Assembly (NCBI RefSeq): GCF_042660085.1
Contig: NZ_JBHSTI010000008.1
Span: forward strand, 210,001 to 242,000
Length of the DNA: 32,000 nucleotides
Source of the DNA: Longivirga aurantiaca
Lineage (GTDB): Bacteria; Actinomycetota; Actinomycetes; S36-B12; CAIYMF01
Direction: 5' to 3'
Both the position numbers and the translations under genes were made by a program. Below the pieces are notes generated by a model. The model saw only the letters and a program-made list of their open reading frames with translations, was not told where the DNA came from and did not search any database. Positions 10,371 to 18,779 of this stretch are shown here, one piece after another (positions within the stretch are counted from its first letter, which is position 1; each line of letters starts with the position of its first letter).

Positions 10371-11384
10371 GTGCTGATCGCCCAGCGTCCGACCCTCGCC
10401 GAGGAGCAGGTCTCCGAGTTCCGCTCGCGCTTCGTCATGGAGCCGCTCGAGCCCGGTTTCGGCTACACCCTCGGCAACTCCGTCCGCCGTACCCTCCTGT
10501 CGTCGATCCCCGGCGCTGCTGTCACCAGCATCCGCATCGACGGCGTCCTGCACGAGTTCACCACCGTGCCGGGGGTCAAGGAGGACGTCACCGAGCTGAT
10601 CCTCAACATCAAGCAGCTCGTCGTCTCCTCCGAGCACGACGAGCCCGTCGTCATGTACCTGCGCAAGCAGGGCCCCGGTGCCGTGACCGCCGCCGACATC
10701 GCGCCCCCGGCCGGTGTCGAGGTGCACAACCCCAACCTCCACATCGCGACCCTGAACGACAAGGGCAAGCTCGAGATGGAGCTCGTCGTCGAGCGTGGCC
10801 GCGGCTACGTCTCCGCGGCGCAGAACAAGCAGCCCGGCCAGGAGATCGGCCGTATCCCGGTCGACTCGATCTACAGCCCGGTCCTCAAGGTCACGTACAA
10901 GGTCGAGGCCACCCGTGTCGAGCAGCGCACGGACTTCGACCGCCTGGTGATCGACGTCGAGACCAAGCAGTCGATGTCGCCGCGCGACGCCGTCGCGTCG
11001 GCCGGCAAGACCCTGGTCGAGCTCTTCGGCCTCGCCCGCGAGCTCAACGTCGACGCCGAGGGCATCGACATCGGCCCGTCGCCCGCCGACGCGTTCGTCG
11101 CCGAGCAGCTCTCGACGCCGATCGAGTCCCTCGACCTCACCGTGCGCTCGTACAACTGCCTCAAGCGCGAGGGCATCCACACGGTGGGCGAGCTCATCGG
11201 CCGATCCGAGGCCGACCTGCTCGACATCCGCAACTTCGGCTCGAAGTCGATCGACGAGGTCAAGGCCAAGCTCGTCACGCTCGGCCTGGCGCTCAAGGAC
11301 AGCCCGCCCGGGTTCGACCCGGCCACGGCCGTCAGCTTCTACGACGACGACGACCAGGGGTACGCCGAGGACGAGCAGCTCTGA
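10371..11384 (+). CDS. rpoA: DNA-directed RNA polymerase subunit alpha
   Basis: 337 aa; [45 protein letters not shown]; C-terminal domain [16 protein letters not shown]. Confidence 0.98.
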   Translation: MLIAQRPTLAEEQVSEFRSRFVMEPLEPGFGYTLGNSVRRTLLSSIPGAAVTSIRIDGVLHEFTTVPGVKEDVTELILNIKQLVVSSEHDEPVVMYLRKQGPGAVTAADIAPPAGVEVHNPNLHIATLNDKGKLEMELVVERGRGYVSAAQNKQPGQEIGRIPVDSIYSPVLKVTYKVEATRVEQRTDFDRLVIDVETKQSMSPRDAVASAGKTLVELFGLARELNVDAEGIDIGPSPADAFVAEQLSTPIESLDLTVRSYNCLKREGIHTVGELIGRSEADLLDIRNFGSKSIDEVKAKLVTLGLALKDSPPGFDPATAVSFYDDDDQGYAEDEQL

Positions 11385-11428
11385 CGAGCTGACCACCCCG
11401 GCCACCCGACACCTCAGGAGACATCGAC

Positions 11429-12037
11429 ATGCCTACCCCCACCAAGGGTGCCCGCCTCGGCGGCAGCCCGGCGCACGAGCGGCTCATGCTCGCGAACCTC
11501 GCCACGGCGCTGTTCGAGCACGGGAAGATCACGACCACCGAGGCCAAGGCCAAGCGCCTGCGCCCGCTGGCCGAGCGCCTCATCACCCACGCCAAGCGTG
11601 GCGACCTGCACGCGCGTCGTCGTGTGCTCGCCGTCATCCGTGACAAGGGTGTCGTGCACGAGCTGTTCGCCGAGATCGGTCCGCGCTACGCGACCCGTCC
11701 CGGTGGCTACACGCGCATCACCAAGATCGGCCCCCGCAAGGGCGACAACGCCCCCATGGCCGTGATCGAGCTCGTCGAGCCGCTGGCCGAGGCCGTCGTG
11801 GCCGAGGCGACCGGCGCGACCAAGCGCGCTGCCAAGGAGAAGGCCGCCGCTCCGGCTGCTGCCGCTCCGGTTGCCGCCGAGGTCGTCGAGGAGACCGTCG
11901 TCGCGGACGACACCGCTCCCGAGGCCGTCGAGGTCGAGGCTGCGGACGACGCCGTCGAGGCTGTCGAGACCGAGGCCGCCGAGGTCACCGAGGAGGCTGC
12001 CGACGAGGCCGCCGCCGAGGACACCGACAAGGCCTGA
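11429..12037 (+). CDS. rplQ: 50S ribosomal protein L17 with long acidic/Ala-rich C-terminal extension
   Basis: 202 aa; [53 protein letters not shown] core, then about 75 aa A/E/V-rich tail. Confidence 0.96.
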   Translation: MPTPTKGARLGGSPAHERLMLANLATALFEHGKITTTEAKAKRLRPLAERLITHAKRGDLHARRRVLAVIRDKGVVHELFAEIGPRYATRPGGYTRITKIGPRKGDNAPMAVIELVEPLAEAVVAEATGATKRAAKEKAAAPAAAAPVAAEVVEETVVADDTAPEAVEVEAADDAVEAVETEAAEVTEEAADEAAAEDTDKA

Positions 12038-12099
12038 GCGCCCTGAACGCGAGCGCTGTCAGCACCGAGCCCGCCGCCCCTTCGGGGGACGGCGGGCTC

Positions 12100-12993
12100 G
12101 TGCGTTCCGAGCAGGTCCGGCTGCGGCTCGGCATCGCCTACGACGGCACCGACTTCGCCGGCTGGGCCAAGCAGCCCGGGCTGCGCACGGTGCAGGGCAC
12201 GCTCGAGGACGGGCTCGCGACGATCCTGCGCGCGACCCAGCCCGTGCGCATCGCGGTGGCCGGGCGGACCGATGCCGGCGTGCACGCACGCGGCCAGGTG
12301 GCGCACGCCGACGTCGAGCGCGACCGGTGGGAGGCGCTCGTCTCGCGAGGTGCCGATGCTCCGGCGCGCCGGATGGGCGGGGTGCTCCCCGCCGACGTGC
12401 GCGTGCACGAGATCGCGATCGCACCGGACGGCTTCGACGCCCGGTGGTCGGCGCTGTCGCGCGCCTACGCCTACCGCGTGTCCGACGTCCCAGGCGGGTC
12501 CGACCCGCTGCTGCGCTCCCACGTGCTGCACCACACCGGCCCGCGCAACTCCCCGCTCGACGTCGAGGCCATGAACGCCGCTGCGGCGGCGCTGCTCGGC
12601 GAGCACGACTTCGCGTCGTTCTGCCGGCGTCGCGAGGGCGCGAGCACGGTGCGCACGCTCCTCGACCTGCGCTGGGTGCGCGAGGACGATTCCGGCCTCG
12701 TGGTGATGCACGTGCGGGCCGATGCGTTCTGCCACTCGATGGTGCGCGCGCTGGTCGGCGTGCTCCTGCCGGTGGGGGACGGTAGGCGACCTGTGCCGTG
12801 GCCGGGCGAGGTGCTGGCGCGGGTGCGGCGCGAGCCCGACGCCGAGGTGGCCCCGCCCATGGGCCTGTGCCTCGAGCGGGTCGAGTACCCCGCGGACGAC
12901 CAGCTCGCCGCGCAGGCCGAGCGGGCACGGCGCTTCCGGGGCGACGACATCCTCGCCGGCCGCGCCGGCCAGGACCCCGACTCGACCGACTGA
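12100..12993 (+). CDS. truA: tRNA pseudouridine(38-40) synthase TruA
   Basis: LGIAYDGTDFAGWAKQPGLRTVQGTLE...VAGRTDAGVHARGQVAH, catalytic GRTDAGVHA motif. Confidence 0.95.
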   Translation: MRSEQVRLRLGIAYDGTDFAGWAKQPGLRTVQGTLEDGLATILRATQPVRIAVAGRTDAGVHARGQVAHADVERDRWEALVSRGADAPARRMGGVLPADVRVHEIAIAPDGFDARWSALSRAYAYRVSDVPGGSDPLLRSHVLHHTGPRNSPLDVEAMNAAAAALLGEHDFASFCRRREGASTVRTLLDLRWVREDDSGLVVMHVRADAFCHSMVRALVGVLLPVGDGRRPVPWPGEVLARVRREPDAEVAPPMGLCLERVEYPADDQLAAQAERARRFRGDDILAGRAGQDPDSTD

Positions 12994-13092
12994 CCCCGCG
13001 TGGTTCGACGGCCGGCAACGCGGAACGGCGATCGCCGTGCGTCCGGCCCGCGGAAGGAGCAGGCTCGAGGGGAGAGCAGGGAGGTGGGCCCT

Positions 13093-14058
13093 ATGCGCGT
13101 AGTGGTGGCTCTGGGAGGCAATGCGCTGGCCAAGCGTGGCGAGCCGATGACGGTGGCGAACCAGCGGGCGAACGTCCGGGTGGCGTGCCGCGCGCTCGCC
13201 CCCGTCGCGATGGAGCACGAGCTGGTGGTGTCGCACGGCAACGGCCCGCAGGTGGGCCTGCTGTCGCTGCAGGCGTCGGCGTACGACGAGGAGTCGACGT
13301 ACCCCTTCGACGTCCTCGGCGCGCAGACCGAGGGGATGATCGGCTACTTCATCGAGCAGGAGCTCGGCAACCTGCTGCCGTTCGAGACGCCGATCGCGAC
13401 GATCCTCACGATGATCGAGGTCGACGCCGACGACCCGGCGATGAAGGACCCGACCAAGTTCGTCGGCCCGGTGTACTCCGACGAGGAGGCGCACCGCATA
13501 GCGTCCGAGCGGGGCTGGACGGTCAAGCGCGACGGCGACCACTGGCGCCGCGTCGTGCCGTCGCCGGTGCCGCGCCGCATCTTCGAGATCCGGCCGATCA
13601 CGCAGCTGCTCGACTCCGGCACCGTCGTCATCTGCACGGGTGGCGGCGGCATCCCGACGATGTACCTGCCGGACGAGCGGCTCGACTTCGAGGACGACCA
13701 CAACCCGCGCACGCTCGTCGGCGTCGAGGCCGTGATCGACAAGGACCGGTCCTCCGCAGTCCTCGCGCGCGACCTGCGTGCCGATGCGCTGGTGATCGCG
13801 ACCGACGCCCCGGCGGTCTTCCTCGACTACGGGACGCCCGCGCAGCGGGAGGTGGCTACGGCTTCTCCGGACGCCATCTCGGCGTACGACTTCGCCGAGG
13901 GCTCGATGGGGCCGAAGGTCGAGGCTGCGTGCGAGTTCGCGCGGTCGGCGCCCGGGCGGTTCGCCGCGATCGGGGCGCTCACCGACATCCGCGGGATCCT
14001 CGCCGGCACCCACGGGACGAGGATCAGCACCGACACCGACGGCCTCACCCTCCGCTGA
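13093..14058 (+). CDS. arcC: Carbamate kinase-like amino acid kinase
   Basis: 321 aa; [20 protein letters not shown]...[13 protein letters not shown]...CTGGGGIPT...[15 protein letters not shown]-type (here [15 protein letters not shown]) carbamate kinase motifs. Confidence 0.88.
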   Translation: MRVVVALGGNALAKRGEPMTVANQRANVRVACRALAPVAMEHELVVSHGNGPQVGLLSLQASAYDEESTYPFDVLGAQTEGMIGYFIEQELGNLLPFETPIATILTMIEVDADDPAMKDPTKFVGPVYSDEEAHRIASERGWTVKRDGDHWRRVVPSPVPRRIFEIRPITQLLDSGTVVICTGGGGIPTMYLPDERLDFEDDHNPRTLVGVEAVIDKDRSSAVLARDLRADALVIATDAPAVFLDYGTPAQREVATASPDAISAYDFAEGSMGPKVEAACEFARSAPGRFAAIGALTDIRGILAGTHGTRISTDTDGLTLR

Positions 14059-14061
14059 GCT

Positions 14062-14113
14062 CGATTCGGTAGTGGTTTCTCGCGCCCTGCTGCGAGAAAC
14101 CACTACCGAATCG
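14062..14113. terminator. Perfect 22-bp inverted repeat with 8-nt loop, 3 nt after arcC stop; possible terminator or repeat element
   Basis: CGATTCGGTAGTGGTTTCTCGC-GCCCTGCT-GCGAGAAACCACTACCGAATCG. Confidence 0.6.
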
Positions 14114-14186
14114 GCGGCTGGGGGTCTGGGGGCCGCGCAGTAACCGGTTAGGCGGCGGGGCGGCGTACGGGCGAGAATCGCCCCTC

Positions 14187-15866
14187 GTGGGTCACGTCGA
14201 GGTCGCCAAGGTCACGCACACGCTCCCGGACGGGCGCGTGCTGCTCGACGAGGTGAGCTTCCGGGTCGCGGACGGCGCGAAGGTCGCGCTGGTCGGCGCG
14301 AACGGCGCCGGCAAGACCACGCTCATGCGCCTCGTGTCCGGCGACCTCGACCCGCAGGAGGGCGCGATCGTCCGCTCGGGCGGTCTCGGCGTCATGCGCC
14401 AGTTCATCGGCCAGGTGCGCGACGAGTCGACCGTGCGCGACCTGCTCGTGTCGGTCTCCCCGCCCGCGGTGCAGGCCGCGGCCAAGGAGCTCGAGGCCGC
14501 CGAGCTGCGCATGATGGAGGCCGACGACGAGGCCACGCAGATGGCGTATGCGCAGGCCATCTCCGACTGGTCCGATGTCGGCGGCTACGACTCCGAGGTG
14601 CTCTGGGACGTCTGCACCGTCGCGGCGCTCGGCATCCCGTTCGACAAGGCGCAGTACCGCGAGACCCGCACGCTGTCGGGCGGCGAGCAGAAGCGGCTCG
14701 CGCTCGAGGCGCTGCTGCGCGGCCCCGACGAGGTCCTGCTCCTCGACGAGCCCGACAACTACCTCGACGTGCCGGGCAAGGAGTGGCTCGAGCAGCGCCT
14801 CGCCGAGTCGAGCAAGACGGTGCTGTACGTGTCGCACGACCGCGAGCTCCTCGCCCGTACGGCGACGCAGGTCGTCACGGTCGAGCTGGGTGCGGCCGGC
14901 AACACGGCCTGGACGCACGGCGGCGGCTTCGCGACGTACCACCAGGCGCGCGCCGACCGCTTCAGCCGGCTCGAGGAGCTGCGCCGCCGCTGGGACGAGG
15001 AGCACGCGAAGCTCAAGGCGCTCGTGCTCATGTACAAGACCAAGGCGAAGTACAACGACGGCCTCGCGAGCCGCTACCAGGCCGCCAAGACCCGACTCGC
15101 GAAGTTCGAGGAGGCCGGGCCCCCGCAGGAGATCGCGCGCGAGCAGACCGTGAAGATGCGGCTCATCGGCGGTAGGACGGGCAAGCGGGCGGTGATCTGC
15201 GAGCAGACCGAGCTCACCGGTCTCATGAAGCCGTTCGACCTCGAGGTGTGGTTCGGCGAGCGCGTCGCCGTCCTCGGCGCCAACGGCTCGGGCAAGTCGC
15301 ACTTCCTGCGGCTGCTCGCCGCCGGGGGCAGCGATCCGGACGTCGAGCACCGCCCGGTGGGGGAGGTGCCGATCGCACCGGTCGCGCACAGCGGCGTCGT
15401 ACGCCTCGGGGCACGCGTGCGCCCGGGCTGGTTCGCCCAGACGCACGAGCACCCGGAGCTGATGGGGCGCACGCTGCTCGAGGTGCTGCACCGCGGCGAC
15501 GCCCACCGGGACGGCATGGGCCGCGAGCTCGCCGCCCGCAAGCTCGACCGCTACGAGCTCGCGCACGCCTCCGAGCAGACCTTCGAGAGCCTGTCCGGCG
15601 GCCAGCAGGCGAGGTTCCAGATCCTGCTCCTGGAGCTCTCAGGGGCCACGCTGCTGCTGCTGGACGAGCCCACCGACAACCTGGACCTCGCCAGCGCCGA
15701 GGCGCTGGAGGAGGGCCTCCTGGCCTTCGAGGGCACGGTGCTGGCGGTGACGCACGACCGCTGGTTCGCCCGCGGGTTCGACCGGTACGTCGTCTTCTCG
15801 GCCGACGGCACCGTGCGCGAGGTGGACGAGCCGGTCTGGGACGAGACCCGGCCGGTCCGCCGCTGA
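14187..15866 (+). CDS. ABC-F family ATP-binding cassette protein
   Basis: 559 aa, two NBDs without TM domains: GANGAGKTT / LSGGEQKRLALEALL / LLLDEPDNYLD and GANGSGKSH / LSGGQQARFQILLLELSGATLLLLDEPTDNLD. Confidence 0.93.
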   Translation: MGHVEVAKVTHTLPDGRVLLDEVSFRVADGAKVALVGANGAGKTTLMRLVSGDLDPQEGAIVRSGGLGVMRQFIGQVRDESTVRDLLVSVSPPAVQAAAKELEAAELRMMEADDEATQMAYAQAISDWSDVGGYDSEVLWDVCTVAALGIPFDKAQYRETRTLSGGEQKRLALEALLRGPDEVLLLDEPDNYLDVPGKEWLEQRLAESSKTVLYVSHDRELLARTATQVVTVELGAAGNTAWTHGGGFATYHQARADRFSRLEELRRRWDEEHAKLKALVLMYKTKAKYNDGLASRYQAAKTRLAKFEEAGPPQEIAREQTVKMRLIGGRTGKRAVICEQTELTGLMKPFDLEVWFGERVAVLGANGSGKSHFLRLLAAGGSDPDVEHRPVGEVPIAPVAHSGVVRLGARVRPGWFAQTHEHPELMGRTLLEVLHRGDAHRDGMGRELAARKLDRYELAHASEQTFESLSGGQQARFQILLLELSGATLLLLDEPTDNLDLASAEALEEGLLAFEGTVLAVTHDRWFARGFDRYVVFSADGTVREVDEPVWDETRPVRR

Positions 15867-15912
15867 GGCGTCGTCGCAGGTCAGGGGCCTCCCTGGGCCC
15901 GGATCGGGCGAT

Positions 15913-15942
15913 TTGGAGGCTCCCGCCGCACCCGGGTACCCT
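15913..15942 (+). promoter_or_regulatory. Candidate promoter of rplM-rpsI with roughly 170-nt leader
   Basis: TTGGAG (15913-15918), 18-nt spacer, TACCCT (15937-15942); rplM start at 16118. Confidence 0.45.
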
Positions 15943-16117
15943 GGACCGCTTGCTGTGCGCGCCCGTACGACGTCCGTGAGGACCCGTCGGGCACAAGTGC
16001 AGCCTGGATGTCAGGGATGGCATCCAGTACGGCGCCCCGCCACCCACGGCCGACCGGCCGCGGATGCGGAGCGCGCAGAGTCCACGTCCCGACGAGCGAG
16101 AGAACAGGTGCCGCTTC

Positions 16118-16561
16118 ATGCGCACGTACAGCCCCAAGGCCGGTGACCTGAGCCACGAGTGGTTCATCATCGACGCCACCGACGTCGTCCTCGGCCGACT
16201 CGCCACCCAGGCAGCGACGCTGCTCCGTGGCAAGCACAAGCCCACCTTCGCCCCGCACGTCGACGGCGGTGACTTCGTCATCATCATCAACGCCGAGAAG
16301 GTCGCCCTCACCGGCAACAAGCGCGAGCAGAAGATGGCGTACCGCCACTCGGGTCACCCGGGCGGCCTCACCGCGACCTCGTACGTCCAGCTGCTCGAGA
16401 GCAACCCGCGTCGTGCGGTGGAGAAGGCCGTGAAGGGCATGCTCCCGCACAACAAGCTGGGGCGTCAGGTCATCAAGAAGCTCAAGGTCTACGCCGGCCC
16501 GGAGCACCCGCACGCTGCGCAGCAGCCGAAGCCGTTCGAGATCTCGCAGGTCGCGCAGTAA
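16118..16561 (+). CDS. rplM: 50S ribosomal protein L13
   Basis: 147 aa [62 protein letters not shown]. Confidence 0.97.
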   Translation: MRTYSPKAGDLSHEWFIIDATDVVLGRLATQAATLLRGKHKPTFAPHVDGGDFVIIINAEKVALTGNKREQKMAYRHSGHPGGLTATSYVQLLESNPRRAVEKAVKGMLPHNKLGRQVIKKLKVYAGPEHPHAAQQPKPFEISQVAQ

Positions 16562-16605
16562 GCGCCGCGGAACCCACAACAGACTTTCTAGAAAGGAACC
16601 GTGGC

Positions 16606-17109
16606 GTGAGCGAGACCGTCGCCGAGACCACCGAGAACGAGATCGACGCCGAGGAGCTGACCAGCTACACCTCGGAGACCACCACCAGCGCCGTGGCGGT
16701 GACCCACCGCGAGGTGGTCGCCCGCCCCGCCGGCGCCACCGGCCGTCGCAAGGAGGCGATCGCCCGCGTGCGCATCGTCCCCGGCACCGGCCGCTGGACC
16801 GTCAACGGCCGCACCCTCGAGGGCTACTTCCCGAACAAGGTGCACCAGCAGCTCGTGAACGAGCCGTTCGCCACGCTCGGCATCAACGACACGTACGACG
16901 TCATCGCCCGCATCAGCGGCGGCGGCTCGTCGGGTCAGGCCGGCGCCCTGCGTCTTGGCATCGCCCGTGCGCTGAACGACATCGACGCCGAGGCCTACCG
17001 CCCGGCGCTCAAGAAGGCCGGCTTCCTCACCCGTGACGCGCGGGTCAAGGAGCGCAAGCACTACGGCCTCAAGAAGGCCCGCAAGGCGCCGCAGTACAGC
17101 AAGCGCTAG
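16606..17109 (+). CDS. rpsI: 30S ribosomal protein S9 with N-terminal extension
   Basis: GTG start; [33 protein letters not shown]...[24 protein letters not shown]. Confidence 0.97.
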   Translation: MSETVAETTENEIDAEELTSYTSETTTSAVAVTHREVVARPAGATGRRKEAIARVRIVPGTGRWTVNGRTLEGYFPNKVHQQLVNEPFATLGINDTYDVIARISGGGSSGQAGALRLGIARALNDIDAEAYRPALKKAGFLTRDARVKERKHYGLKKARKAPQYSKR

Positions 17110-17114
17110 CGAGC

Positions 17115-17149
17115 GAAGAGGACGAGCCCGCTCTTGGCTCGTCCTCTTC
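17115..17149 (+). terminator. Hairpin after rpsI, candidate terminator
   Basis: GAAGAGGACGAGCC-CGCTCTT-GGCTCGTCCTCTTC, perfect 14-bp stem 5 nt after stop. Confidence 0.75.
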
Positions 17150-17247
17150 CGAGCGGCGCGCAGCTGTTGACGAGGGCCCCCTCGGGCCCGAGGAGAACTC
17201 GAAGCGCTAAGCGAGCCGCGGGCAACCGCCCGCACCTGCTCATCGCA

Positions 17248-17278
17248 CGATGCCCCGGGGCTACGCTCCGGGGCATCG
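17248..17278. other. Second hairpin in rpsI-glmM gap
   Basis: CGATGCCCCGG / CCGGGGCATCG, 11-bp perfect arms, 9-nt interior (can extend by G.T, G-C, C-G pairs). Confidence 0.5.
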
Positions 17279-17319
17279 GCATGTACGGGCCCCACGTGGG
17301 CGGGACGGAAGAGGCACCT

Positions 17320-18675
17320 GTGGGTCGACTGTTCGGCACGGACGGCGTCCGCGGCCTCGCCAACGCCGATCTCACGGCCGAGATCGCCCTCGACCTCGCC
17401 GTGGCTGCCGCGCACGTGCTCGGCGACGCGGGCCAGCTCTCCGACCACGGCGAGGGCCGCCCGGTCGCCGTCGTCGGCAACGACAGCCGCGCGAGCGGCG
17501 AGTTCCTCGAGGCCGCGGTCGTCGCGGGCCTGCTGTCGGCAGGTGTCGACGTGTGGCGCGTCGGCGTGCTCCCGACCCCGGCCGTCGCGTACCTGACCGC
17601 GGCGCTCGACGCCGACCTCGGCGTGATGCTGTCGGCGTCGCACAACCCCATGCCCGACAACGGCATCAAGTTCCTCGCCCGCGGCGGCCACAAGCTGCCC
17701 GACGACGTCGAGGACGCCATCGAGGGACGCATCCGCGAGGACTGGACGCGCCCCACCGGTGCCGGCGTCGGACGCGTGAGCCGCCACGACGAGGGCGCCG
17801 AGCTGTACGTCGGCCACCTGCTCTCCACGCTGCCGCACCGCCTGGACGGGCTCACCGTGGTCGTCGACGGCGCGAACGGCGCGGCATCCGTCGTCGGGCC
17901 CGAGGCGCTGCGCCATGCGGGCGCGCGCGTGATCGAGATCCACACCTCGCCCGACGGCCTCAACATCAACGACGGCTGCGGCTCCACCCACCTCGGCGAC
18001 CTGCGCGCGGCCGTGGTCGAGCACGGTGCGGACGCCGGCGTCGCGTTCGACGGCGACGCCGACCGCTGCCTCGCGGTCGACGCGTCCGGCGCGGTCGTCG
18101 ACGGCGACCACGTGCTCGCGATCCTGTCGATCGCCATGCGCGAGCGAGGCACCCTCGTCGCGGGCACCGTCGTCGCCACCGTCATGGCCAACCTGGGCTT
18201 CAGGCTCGCGCTCGAGGACGCCGGCATCGCCGTGATCGAGACCGGCGTGGGCGACCGCTACGTGCTCGAAGCCATGCGCCACGGCGGCTACGTCCTCGGC
18301 GGCGAGCAGAGCGGCCACGTGATCATGTCCGAGCACGCGACCACCGGCGACGGCGTGCTCACCGCGCTGCATCTGCTCGCGCGCGTGGCCGAGACCGGCC
18401 GCTCGCTCACCGAGCTGGCCGCGGTCGTGCAGAAGCTGCCGCAGGTGCTCATCAACGTGCGCGGCGTCGATCGCACGCGGGCGTCGTCCGAGCCCACCCT
18501 GGCGGCCGCGGTCACCGAGGCCGAGGCCGAGCTCGGCAAGACCGGTCGCGTGCTGCTGCGGCCGTCGGGCACCGAGCCCGTCGTACGCGTCATGGTCGAG
18601 GCCGCCACGCCCGAGCAGGCCGCAGCCGTCGCCGAGCGCCTCGCCGACGTCGTCCGCGCCACCCTCGCCCAGTAG
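17320..18675 (+). CDS. glmM: Phosphoglucosamine mutase
   Basis: 451 aa from GTG; [15 protein letters not shown]...[18 protein letters not shown] (active-site Ser loop)...[14 protein letters not shown]. Confidence 0.97.
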   Translation: MGRLFGTDGVRGLANADLTAEIALDLAVAAAHVLGDAGQLSDHGEGRPVAVVGNDSRASGEFLEAAVVAGLLSAGVDVWRVGVLPTPAVAYLTAALDADLGVMLSASHNPMPDNGIKFLARGGHKLPDDVEDAIEGRIREDWTRPTGAGVGRVSRHDEGAELYVGHLLSTLPHRLDGLTVVVDGANGAASVVGPEALRHAGARVIEIHTSPDGLNINDGCGSTHLGDLRAAVVEHGADAGVAFDGDADRCLAVDASGAVVDGDHVLAILSIAMRERGTLVAGTVVATVMANLGFRLALEDAGIAVIETGVGDRYVLEAMRHGGYVLGGEQSGHVIMSEHATTGDGVLTALHLLARVAETGRSLTELAAVVQKLPQVLINVRGVDRTRASSEPTLAAAVTEAEAELGKTGRVLLRPSGTEPVVRVMVEAATPEQAAAVAERLADVVRATLAQ

Positions 18676-18687
18676 GCCCCCGCTCGC

Positions 18688-18735
18688 ACTGATCGAACCG
18701 TTGCCTCCGGTCCGTGGAGCGACGGTTCGATCAGT
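18688..18735. terminator. Inverted repeat between glmM and glmS
   Basis: ACTGATCGAACCGT...ACGGTTCGATCAGT, perfect 14-bp arms with 20-nt interior that can pair partially. Confidence 0.6.
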
Positions 18736-18767
18736 TTCAGCGGCGGGGTGGGGGCTTCGGCCCGGGA

Positions 18768-18773
18768 TACGCT
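18768..18773 (+). promoter_or_regulatory. Candidate -10 (TACGCT) for glmS, 6 nt before ATG (leaderless transcript?)
   Basis: GGGATACGCTGGCGTCATG. Confidence 0.45.
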
Positions 18774-18779
18774 GGCGTC

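Noticed and set aside
13025-13038. 14-nt perfect palindrome ACGGCGATCGCCGT upstream of arcC
   Set aside because: Short GC-rich palindromes occur frequently by chance in this base composition; without conservation data I cannot support an operator call.
11707-14103. 798-aa minus-strand ORF opposite rplQ-truA-arcC
   Set aside because: Antisense to three well-supported genes, no recognisable domain, biased composition.
17167-17172. TTGACG resembling a -35 box upstream of glmM
   Set aside because: No acceptable -10 at 16-19 nt spacing.
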